From Spirochaetaceae bacterium (GTDB lineage Bacteria > Myxococcota_A > UBA9160 > UBA4427), in assembly GCA_020632655.1 (NCBI GenBank), contig JACKFD010000004.1, positions 192,427 to 256,426 of the forward strand: a stretch of DNA of 64,000 nucleotides. Reading direction: 5' to 3'. Of this stretch, positions 57,143 through 64,000 are shown piece by piece; the stretch's first letter is position 1, and every line of letters begins with the position of its first letter. A program made the translations under genes and the position numbers. Below the pieces are notes generated by a model, which saw only the letters and a program-made list of their open reading frames with translations, was not told the DNA's origin and made no database searches.

Positions 57143-58324
57143 GTGGCGGAGACCGATACCGGCTCCAGTCGATGTGGATCGCCCACGGACGAGCAGGAGC
57201 GGCCTGCCGGTGTGTCGTGGGACGGCCGATCGGCCCGGAGCCCGCAGCCGATGGTCCAGTCCCGCCCCGCCTCCTCCTCTCCTCCCGCGGCGCACCACCC
57301 CGGGTCGCCGCTCCCCGCCGACGACAGCTACGCGCGGGTCGCCGACGCCGAGCTCGAACGGGTCCTCACCTCCTTCGATACCTGTTATGTCTGGCGCTAT
57401 GGCAGCGTGCAGGAGGGTCTGCGCGACCTCTACGCCAAGGCCAAGCGCGACCAATGGGACGCGGCGCTCGCCCTCGACTGGTCGATCGAAGTCGATCCCG
57501 AGGAGCCGATCCTGCCCGAGGCGATCAATCCGCTGCTCGGCTTCGCGCCCTACGAGCGGATGGACGAGCGCGAGCAGAAACGAGTGCGGCATTGCCAGAT
57601 CGCGTGGCAGCTCTCGCAGTTCATGCACGGCGAGCAGGGCGCGATGATCGTGGCGTCGCAGCTCGTGGGCGCGGTGCCGTGGATGGACGCGAAGCTCTAC
57701 GCGTCGAGCCAGACGATGGACGAGGCGCGCCACGTGGAGGTCTTCTCGCGCTACCTGCGGACGAAGCTCGAGTGGGAGTGGCCGGTCAACCCGAACCTCA
57801 AGCGGCTGCTCGACACGATCATCGGCGACGTGCGCTGGGACTTCAAATACCTCGGCATGCAGATCCTCGTCGAAGGGCTCGCGATGGCGGCCTTCGCGAA
57901 CCTGCATCAATTGACGAACGAGAAGCTGCTCAAGGACCTGATCCACCTCGTGATGCGCGACGAGTCGCGGCACGTGGCCTTCGGTGTGCTCTCGCTCCAG
58001 GACTTCTACGCGGACATGAGCGGGTCGGAACGGCGGGATCGCGAGGACTTCGTGATCGAGGCCTGCGAGCTGATGCGCGATCGGCTGGTCGGGGAGGAGA
58101 CGGCGGACGCCTTCGGCTTCGACCGCGAGCCCTACCGCCAGGCGATGGTCGAGTCACCGATCCTGCAGCTCTTCCGACAGCAGCTCTTCTCGCGCGTCGT
58201 GCCGAACCTGCGTCGGCTCGGGCTGCTCTCGCCGCGGGTCCGCACGGCCTTCGACCGGCTCGGCATCCTGCAATTCGAGGACGCGGATCCGGCGGCGCAG
58301 GACGCGGCGCTCGGGCTCGTCTGA
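57143..58324 (+). CDS. Ferritin-like di-iron carboxylate protein (AurF / R2-like oxidase type)
   Basis: Four-helix ligand pattern: FMHGEQGA, MDEARHVEVF, LVEGLAMAAF and MRDESRHVAF (E...ExxH twice). The N-terminal ~60 aa are low complexity, so the true start may be the ATG at 57251. Confidence 0.7.
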   Translation: MAETDTGSSRCGSPTDEQERPAGVSWDGRSARSPQPMVQSRPASSSPPAAHHPGSPLPADDSYARVADAELERVLTSFDTCYVWRYGSVQEGLRDLYAKAKRDQWDAALALDWSIEVDPEEPILPEAINPLLGFAPYERMDEREQKRVRHCQIAWQLSQFMHGEQGAMIVASQLVGAVPWMDAKLYASSQTMDEARHVEVFSRYLRTKLEWEWPVNPNLKRLLDTIIGDVRWDFKYLGMQILVEGLAMAAFANLHQLTNEKLLKDLIHLVMRDESRHVAFGVLSLQDFYADMSGSERRDREDFVIEACELMRDRLVGEETADAFGFDREPYRQAMVESPILQLFRQQLFSRVVPNLRRLGLLSPRVRTAFDRLGILQFEDADPAAQDAALGLV

Positions 58325-58405
58325 GCGCCTGTCGACGTCGACTCCCGCCCGCGATCCCGGGGGGCCACGAAGCGAGGAGGCCGAGGGGCTCCGACCGCTC
58401 CGCCA

Positions 58406-58434
58406 TTGACGCTCGAGGACGCCAAGTCTAAGGT
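58406..58434 (+). promoter_or_regulatory. Candidate sigma70-type promoter for tRNA-Ala
   Basis: TTGACG-N17-TAAGGT, about 90 nt upstream of the tRNA. Confidence 0.4.
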
Positions 58435-58522
58435 CCGCCGGTCGAAAACCCGCTCGACGAGGCGATCGGCGCCGGACCCCAGGCCGGAGCGCCCCTCGAC
58501 CGAGCGATGATCCCGATTCCAT

Positions 58523-58598
58523 GGGGCCGTAGCTCAGCTGGGAGAGCGTCGCGTTCGCAACGCGAAGGTCGGCGGTTCGATCCCGCTCGGCTCCACCA
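58523..58598 (+). tRNA. tRNA-Ala (anticodon CGC), CCA encoded
   Basis: Hand-folded cloverleaf: acceptor GGGGCCG/CGGCTCC with the G3:U70 Ala identity pair, D arm GCTC-AGCTGGGA-GAGC, anticodon arm TCGCG-TTCGCAA-CGCGA, T arm GGCGG-TTCGATC-CCGCT, then ACCA. Confidence 0.93.
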
Positions 58599-58605
58599 CC
58601 TTGTC

Positions 58606-58644
58606 GAGACGGCGCGCACGCCCTGCGCGCCGTCTCGCGTTTCG
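58606..58644 (+). terminator. Stem-loop terminator after tRNA-Ala
   Basis: Perfect 13-bp stem GAGACGGCGCGCA / TGCGCGCCGTCTC with loop CGCCC, followed by GCGTTTCG. Confidence 0.7.
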
Positions 58645-58651
58645 GGACCCG

Positions 58652-59524
58652 CTAGACGAGGCCGAGCTGCAGCCAGCTCGCGACGGCGCCGACGAAGAGC
58701 GCCCCGTCGACCGCGACGTGCCCGTAGCGCTCCTCCGCCCGGAATCCCACGAGCGCGCCGAGCTGGGCGACCGGGATCCAGGCGAGGGCCGGCACGGGCG
58801 AGGGCCCGAAGAGTGCTGCGGCGACGCCGAGGCCGGCCGCACCCCGCGCGAGATCGAGCACCCGGCCCGGATGCGCGCGCAGCAGCTGCGCCTCGCCATC
58901 CCGCAGATTCGACGCGATCAGGTTCGCGACCAGCGTTGGCAGCAGCACGGCGACGACGGCGCCGCCCCGTGCGCCGACCCCCACCGAGAGCCACGGGATG
59001 CCCACGCACGCCGCCGTCCAGGCCGCCGACACGTAGAGCGTCTTCGCTGCGGGCACGTGCTTCAGCCGGCGATGGAGCAATCCGAGTGCGCCGACGACGG
59101 CGCAGAGTCCGAGGACCCGGCCCGGCGCCTCGACGAGGGCGATCCCGCCGGCGGACGCGGCGAGCGCGAGCCCCACCACGAGGCGTTCGCGATGTCGCGC
59201 GACGAAGGCCGTACGACGTGGCGAGGTCGCGCGATCGCGGGTCACGTCGCGCAGCCGGTCGATCGTGTAGACGCAGAACGCGCCCGCCGCCGTCAGCGTC
59301 GCCCAGCGCACCGGATCCGGCGCCCCGAGCACCCGGCTCGCGACCAGCGAGAGCGCGGCCCCGATCCCGGCCGCGAGCGCGCTCGAGTAGGCGAGGCCGT
59401 CGAGCAGGCGCAGCAGGCCGTCCGCGACGCCCTGCACGGCGGTGCGCGGCGACGGGGCGTCGGTCGTCGGGGCGGCCGGGGCGGCCGGGGCGGCCGGGGC
59501 GATGGCGACGGGCGTTCGGGACAT
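58652..59524 (-). CDS. Polytopic membrane protein, UbiA-prenyltransferase-like (tentative)
   Basis: Multiple TM segments. IDRLRDVTRD resembles the first Asp-rich motif of the UbiA superfamily. The N-terminus has an APAAPAAPAAP repeat encoded by tandem GGGGCGGCC units. Confidence 0.5.
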   Translation of the reverse strand: MSRTPVAIAPAAPAAPAAPTTDAPSPRTAVQGVADGLLRLLDGLAYSSALAAGIGAALSLVASRVLGAPDPVRWATLTAAGAFCVYTIDRLRDVTRDRATSPRRTAFVARHRERLVVGLALAASAGGIALVEAPGRVLGLCAVVGALGLLHRRLKHVPAAKTLYVSAAWTAACVGIPWLSVGVGARGGAVVAVLLPTLVANLIASNLRDGEAQLLRAHPGRVLDLARGAAGLGVAAALFGPSPVPALAWIPVAQLGALVGFRAEERYGHVAVDGALFVGAVASWLQLGLV

Positions 59525-59640
59525 GCGGCGGAGACTCTCGGGGCGGCCGGCAGTATGGCACAGCGATCCGCTCGCTCCGCCGTGCGGGATCGCCCCGTCC
59601 ACCCCGACTTCTGCGACGCCCCCGGGTGCGCGCTAGATTC

Positions 59641-59675
59641 GCCCGATCGCGTCGCGAGGCAGCGCGCGATCGGGC
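59641..59675. promoter_or_regulatory. Perfect 11-bp inverted repeat upstream of the dodecin genes
   Basis: GCCCGATCGCG (59641-59651) and CGCGATCGGGC (59665-59675), immediately after a TAGATT -10-like hexamer (59633-59638). Confidence 0.4.
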
Positions 59676-59734
59676 GGCCCGCGTCGACCGCGTCGAGCCG
59701 GCGCCCCCGAACGAGCCCGGGGAGAGACGCTTCG

Positions 59735-59956
59735 GTGTGGGTCGGCAAGATCAGCGAGATCATCGGGTCGAGCCCCGACGGCTTCGAGGCCGCGGCCCAG
59801 GCGGTGCTCGACCGGGCCAACCGGACGCTGCGCGGCATCACGGGCTTCGACGTCGTCGAGAAGCGGATCCGGGTCGAGGACGGCGCGATCGCCGAGTACC
59901 GCGTGCGCATCCGCCTGCACTTCGACATGGCGCCCAGGACCGAGTCGCATTGGTAG
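59735..59956 (+). CDS. Dodecin-family protein, paralogue 1
   Basis: GTG start after GGGGAGAG. (V)WVGKISEIIGSSPDGFEAAAQAVLDRANRTLRGITGFDVVEKRIRVEDGAIAEYRVRIRLHF aligns with dodecins. Confidence 0.8.
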   Translation: MWVGKISEIIGSSPDGFEAAAQAVLDRANRTLRGITGFDVVEKRIRVEDGAIAEYRVRIRLHFDMAPRTESHW

Positions 59957-60040
59957 CCGTGGCCGGGACCCCGGCCGAGCGGGTCCCGACGCGCGCGACC
60001 GCATGACCCTCGCACAGCGAGTCACGAGGACGACCCCGAC

Positions 60041-60253
60041 ATGGCCATCGCGAGCGTCTCCACGATCACCTCGGCCTCGCCCAATAGCTGGCAGGAGGCC
60101 GCCGAGCTCGGCCTCGCTCGGGCGAACGAGACGCTGCGGGGGATCACGGGCATCAAGCTGGTCGAGGAGAAGGCACGGGTCGAGGACGGCGTGATCGTCG
60201 AGTACCTCGTCACGCTCCAGGTGATCTTCCTGCTCGAAGAAGAAGGGGGCTAG
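60041..60253 (+). CDS. Dodecin-family protein, paralogue 2
   Basis: VSTITSASPNSWQEAAELGLARANETLRGITGIKLVEEKARVEDGVIVEYLVTLQVIFLLEE, 70 aa. Confidence 0.85.
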   Translation: MAIASVSTITSASPNSWQEAAELGLARANETLRGITGIKLVEEKARVEDGVIVEYLVTLQVIFLLEEEGG

Positions 60254-60258
60254 GGGTC

Positions 60259-61308
60259 GTGGGGGTCCCCGCGATCGTGATGGCCGGGGATAGCCGGGCG
60301 GCCAAGGCCGTCTACGGCCAGAGCAAGGTCTATCTCGAGGTCGCGGGACTGCCGCTCGTGGCCCACGTCGTGCGGACGCTGCAGGCCTGCCCCGAGATCG
60401 AGTCGGTCTGGGTCGTGGGCGATCCCGGTCGACTCGAGAAGGCGCTCGCGAACGAGTCGCTCGAGGCGAGTCTCTGCAAGCCGCTCTACGTCGTGCCGCA
60501 GCAGCGCGACCTGATCACGAATGCCTGGGAGACCTATCGGCGCTACCTGGCGGGCGATCCGACGCGTGGTCGTGATCCCGAAGGCGACGACGTCGATCGG
60601 CCGGCGCTCTTCCTGTCGGGCGATCTGCCGCTCGCGATGCCCGAGGAGATCTCGAGCTTCGTGCAGCAGGCCGAGGCGGCGAACGTCGACTACGCCCTCG
60701 GCCTCTGCCCCGCCGAGTCCCTCGACGTGTTCCGGCCGAGCGGCCCCGACGAGGTCGGGATCACGGTCGCCTACTTCAACACGCGCGACGGCCGCTACCG
60801 CCAGAACAACCTGCACTACGCGCGGCCCGCGCGGATCGGCCGCCTCGACCGGATCGAGGAGATGTACGAGCTCCGTCACCAGCGCCGCTTCTGGAACATG
60901 TTCGTGCTGGCCCTGCGGCTGCTCATGGATCGGGTCGGCGGGCTCAAGATCGCCGTGCTCTTCGGCATGATGCACCTCGCCGGGATCGCCGATCGCAACG
61001 GTCATCGCCGACTGGCGCGTCTGCTCGGGCGATTCGTGACGCTCGAGATCAACCGAGCGACGATCGCGAAGATCCTCGACACGCGCTTCGCCCTGATCGT
61101 CGGCGAGAGCGGCGGCTGCGCCCTCGACATCGATACCGAGGAGGAATACGACGCGGTGCGCGCCCGCTACGACGACTGGTGGCCGGCCCATCGCGCGCGC
61201 AGCCGCGCCCTGCACGGGGAGCTCGTCGCGTCGATGATCGTGCCCGGCGGCGCCGCTGCGCCCTCGGAACCGCCTTCCGGCCCGGGCGGCACGGGGAGCC
61301 CGTCATGA
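60259..61308 (+). CDS. MobA-like (GT-A fold) nucleotidyltransferase family protein with an uncharacterised C-terminal half
   Basis: N-terminus PAIVMAGDSRAAKAVYGQSKVYLEVAGLPLVAHVV resembles NTP-transferase domains. GTG start 5 nt after the dodecin-2 stop. Confidence 0.65.
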   Translation: MGVPAIVMAGDSRAAKAVYGQSKVYLEVAGLPLVAHVVRTLQACPEIESVWVVGDPGRLEKALANESLEASLCKPLYVVPQQRDLITNAWETYRRYLAGDPTRGRDPEGDDVDRPALFLSGDLPLAMPEEISSFVQQAEAANVDYALGLCPAESLDVFRPSGPDEVGITVAYFNTRDGRYRQNNLHYARPARIGRLDRIEEMYELRHQRRFWNMFVLALRLLMDRVGGLKIAVLFGMMHLAGIADRNGHRRLARLLGRFVTLEINRATIAKILDTRFALIVGESGGCALDIDTEEEYDAVRARYDDWWPAHRARSRALHGELVASMIVPGGAAAPSEPPSGPGGTGSPS

Positions 61309-62387
61309 CGTGGACGCCCGACGATCGAGAGCAGGTCCTGCGCGCCGCACGCCGCGACGCCGTGCTCTTCGACATGGCCCATCGCGGTCTGCTCGAGGTG
61401 GGCGGCTCGGATCGCACGCGCTGGCTCGACGGGATGATCTCGAACGACGTGCCGGCGCTCGAGCGCAGGTCTTCGGGCGCGGGCTGTGAGGCGCTGCTGC
61501 TGACGAATCGCGGCGCGATCGTTGCGGACCTGCACGTGGGTCGCCTGGACGAGGTCTACCTGCTCGAGGGCGAGCGCGAAGAGCTGCCCCGCATCCACGC
61601 GACGCTCGAGCGGTTCGTGATCGCCGACGACGTGACGATCCGGGATCGGAGTGCCGAGCAGGCCGCCCTCGGCCTCGAGGGCCCGCTCGCCCCCGCCGTG
61701 CTCGAGGGGCTGCTCGCAGGGCGCGCCGCGATCCCGGCCGAGGACGACTGGCTCGCGACGGAGATCGAGGGCGTGCCGCTGCTCGTCGCGGCCTTCGGCT
61801 GGAGCGGCGAGGGGGCGTACCAGCTGCGCGTGCCCGCGGACCGCCGCGCGCAGCTCGAAGGCTGGCTCGACCAGTCCGCACGACGTGTCGTAGGCGGCGG
61901 AGCTCGCCTCCTGCGCGGCGACCTCGCGGCGCTCGAGGTGCTCCGGGTCGAGGTGGGGATCCCGCGACTCGGTGCCGAGCTCGACGAGGACGTGCTGCCG
62001 CCGGAGGCGCGCCTCGATCGCGCGATCGCGACGCGCAAGGGATGTTATGTCGGGCAGGAGATCGTCGCGCGGCTGCGCTCCCGGGGACAGGTGAACCATC
62101 TGCTGGTCGGATTGCGGCTCGAGCCCGGTCCGGGCGCGGCGGCGCCGATCCCGTCGGAAACCCCCGTGTTCGTCGATGGACGTCGTACGGGCGAGCTCAC
62201 GAGCGTCGTCGACTCGCCACGCGCGGGCGCGATCGCGCTCGGGTTCGTGCGTCGCGAGCACGCCGAGCCGGGCACGCGGGTCGAGCTCGAGGGGGGCCTC
62301 GGTGCGGCGATCGTCTCGGCGCTGCCCTTCGTCCCGCCCGCCTCGCCCACGCCCCGGCCCGAGGCTCCGGCGGCGGGTCCCGCGTGA
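61305..62387 (+). CDS. ygfZ: YgfZ/GcvT-family folate-binding protein
   Basis: KGCYVGQEIVARL signature motif and GcvT-like N-terminal region. ATGA overlap with the upstream gene. Confidence 0.85.
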   Translation: MTWTPDDREQVLRAARRDAVLFDMAHRGLLEVGGSDRTRWLDGMISNDVPALERRSSGAGCEALLLTNRGAIVADLHVGRLDEVYLLEGEREELPRIHATLERFVIADDVTIRDRSAEQAALGLEGPLAPAVLEGLLAGRAAIPAEDDWLATEIEGVPLLVAAFGWSGEGAYQLRVPADRRAQLEGWLDQSARRVVGGGARLLRGDLAALEVLRVEVGIPRLGAELDEDVLPPEARLDRAIATRKGCYVGQEIVARLRSRGQVNHLLVGLRLEPGPGAAAPIPSETPVFVDGRRTGELTSVVDSPRAGAIALGFVRREHAEPGTRVELEGGLGAAIVSALPFVPPASPTPRPEAPAAGPA

Positions 62388-63070
62388 GCCGCGGCTGGCT
62401 CGTCGTCTTCGCCAAGGCGCCGCGGCCCGGCCTCGTGAAGACCCGCCTCTCCCCCCCGCTCAGCCTCGACCAGAGCGCCGCCCTCTACGCCGACATGCTC
62501 GCCGACGTGCTCAGCGTGAGCGCAGCCGCCGGACGTGCGCTCGGGCTCGAGCCCGTGCTCGCGCATCACCCGCCCGACGCGGCGGGCGAGCTCGTCGGGT
62601 ACGCGCCGCCGGGCGTGCGATTGCAGGCACAAAGGGGTCGCGATCTCGGCGAGCGGATGGCGAACGCGTTCGCAGAGGGCTTCGCTGCGGGGGCCGGGTG
62701 CATGCTGCTGCGGGGGAGCGACAGTCCCGCGCTCGAGCCGGCCTGTATTCGCGCGGCGCTCGACGGCCTCGAGGCGGGCTTCGATCTCGTGTTGACGCCG
62801 GATCTCGGCGGGGGCTACGCGATGATCGGGTTGCGGCGGCCCCAGCCTTCGCTCTTCGAGGTCGAGATGTCGACGGACTCGATGCGCGCCGAGACGATCG
62901 AGCGGGCCGAGCGCGCCGGCCTGCGGGTGTCGCTCACCGCGCCGACGCTGGATCTGGACACGGCCGCCGACTTTCGCTCGCTGTACGCGTTGCCGCGTGA
63001 TTCGCTGTTGGACCTCTGCCCGCGTACGGTCCGAACGATTTCCGATCCGGCCTTCGGCACTGTGCTATAG
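62384..63070 (+). CDS. DUF2064 / TIGR04282-type GT-A-fold (CofC/MobA-like) protein
   Basis: VVFAKAPRPGLVKTRLSPPLSLDQSAALYADMLADVL is the typical DUF2064 N-terminus. GTGA overlap with ygfZ. Confidence 0.8.
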   Translation: MSRGWLVVFAKAPRPGLVKTRLSPPLSLDQSAALYADMLADVLSVSAAAGRALGLEPVLAHHPPDAAGELVGYAPPGVRLQAQRGRDLGERMANAFAEGFAAGAGCMLLRGSDSPALEPACIRAALDGLEAGFDLVLTPDLGGGYAMIGLRRPQPSLFEVEMSTDSMRAETIERAERAGLRVSLTAPTLDLDTAADFRSLYALPRDSLLDLCPRTVRTISDPAFGTVL

Positions 63071-63598
63071 CTCACTCGCTTCGCAGACCGCGCCCACCCC
63101 CCCGCCGGTCCATCGCCAGACTCGATCCCCCCTGATCCGAATCGGTGACTCCTCCCTGGCTGGCGGCATTGTTGCCTCCCAGGGGCCCATGCGAACGACC
63201 CCCCGTCGGAGCATTGGCCAGCGTGCGAACAGCAGCGCATTCGTCGACGAGCATGTCGCGAACGATGTTAGGCGAGTCGTGGGTCTCGTCCGCGCGTCGC
63301 GGCGTGCGCCCGATCCGGCCCATCGCCCTGCCTGGACTGCGCCGGAAACCGCACGACTGCCGCGAAGGTGTGCAGGACCTGTCCCGTGCGTGTGCACTCG
63401 TCGCGACCCGATCGGGTGAGACGCCGCACAGTCGCTCCCAGCATTCGCCGGATCGGCACGGCCCTTGCTCCTGCAGTCGAGCTGCCGCTGTGAGGGCGAC
63501 GGTCCGTCCCGTCCCTTCTCGAGCCGGCACGGAGTGCGATGCAGTAGCCGCAGACGACGCACGTCCGGGCCGCTTCCGGCGACCGGATCAGACCTCTC

Positions 63599-63653
63599 GG
63601 GGCGCACGCCCCGTTCGATTCCCTCGGCGCGGATCCCGCGCCCGGACGTCCGG
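63599..63653. promoter_or_regulatory. Three abutting palindromes ~55 nt upstream of the last gene
   Basis: GGGGCGCACGCCCC (63599-63612), GCGCGG-ATC-CCGCGC (63627-63641) and the perfect 12-mer CCGGACGTCCGG (63642-63653). Confidence 0.4.
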
Positions 63654-63706
63654 GCACGGGTGAGGTTCGAGTGGAGAGTCCGACAACCCAGTAGGAGAGA
63701 TTCCCG

Positions 63707-64000
63707 ATGCGTTCCAACTTGATCACCGTTGTCACCACCGTCGCGAGCGCGTTGCTCGTGGCGCCGGTGGCCGTCGCCGACGCGGTCCAGGAGCAGCTCA
63801 GGCTCATGGAACAGCGGATGGCGGAGATGGAGGATCGTCTCCAGGCGACCTCCGACGAACTTCGTTCGGCCCGGGCCACCGTCGAGACGCAGCAGGGGCT
63901 GCTGACCGACGCGGGCCTCATCGAGAGCGAGGACAAGGGTCTTCGCTCGAGTGTCGGCAGCTTCTTCGAGATGGTCGACGTCGATGGTGTTGCGGCGGCC
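63707..64000 (+). CDS. Secreted protein with an N-terminal coiled coil (possibly porin-like), 3' end outside the window
   Basis: ATG at 63707 after AGGAGAG. Begins MRSNLITVVTTVASALLVAPVAVADA (signal peptide), then QEQLRLMEQRMAEMEDRLQATSDELRSA. Open to the window end and absent from the track. Confidence 0.6.
   Translation, partial: MRSNLITVVTTVASALLVAPVAVADAVQEQLRLMEQRMAEMEDRLQATSDELRSARATVETQQGLLTDAGLIESEDKGLRSSVGSFFEMVDVDGVAAA

Noticed and set aside
63613-63628. GTTCGATTCCCTCGGC resembles the T-arm/3' end of the tRNA-Ala gene (GTTCGATCCCGCTCGGC) ~5 kb upstream. It could mark an attR and so a tRNA-inserted islet spanning 58599-63628.
   Set aside because: The match is short and needs an indel. 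There is no integrase or recombinase remnant that I could translate. The enclosed genes have the same composition as the rest of the window. This is too weak to claim.

Overview
Very GC-rich bacterial chromosome segment. Gene content and order look Myxococcota/deltaproteobacteria-like; that taxon guess is inference. Nearly all of it is core housekeeping.

Gene order:
- uvrA (3' part), CPBP protease.
- A long minus-strand array: dnaN, gyrB, gyrA, hemL, atpZ, atpI, atpB, atpE, tmk, VapB-like antitoxin, Rieske protein, MetE-like protein.
- The divergent plus-strand array rpmH-rnpA-yidD-yidC-jag, then two parS-like sites, then rsmG-parA-parB-bactofilin.
- The second ATP synthase operon (b', b, delta, alpha, gamma, beta, epsilon), then a lipoate-ligase-like gene, cytochrome c', a dihaem cytochrome c and a fatty-acid cis/trans isomerase.
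- A hypothetical protein, an alpha/beta hydrolase, a PEP-CTERM protein and a LuxR regulator with two HTH domains.
- A bioB-bioF-bioD-VUT transporter operon behind a BirA-type operator.
- radA, a polyprenyl synthase, comEA, a BtuFCD-like ABC importer, eno and a secreted hypothetical.
- A receiver-XRE regulator with a NAL-family aldolase and a PfkB::SIS fusion, then a di-iron protein and tRNA-Ala(CGC).
- A UbiA-like membrane protein, two dodecins, and a nucleotidyltransferase/YgfZ/DUF2064 operon.

General points:
- I saw no CRISPR array, transposase, integrase, rRNA or recognisable defence system.
- Many adjacent genes overlap by 4 nt (ATGA/GTGA), which suggests translational coupling.
- Most long overlapping or antisense ORFs in the supplied track are high-GC artefacts.

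Most interesting candidates, all inference from motifs and gene context:
1. An aldolase + kinase::arabinose-5-phosphate-isomerase-like module that could be a KDO-type ulosonic-acid catabolic pathway.
2. Tandem dodecins lacking the flavin-stacking Trp, followed by a tightly coupled operon of unknown function.
3. A vitamin-uptake-family transporter embedded in the biotin operon.
4. A parB-coupled bactofilin with nearby non-canonical parS sites.
5. A dnaN locus lacking dnaA and recF.

No database search or computation was possible. Family calls rest on motifs I recognise by eye.
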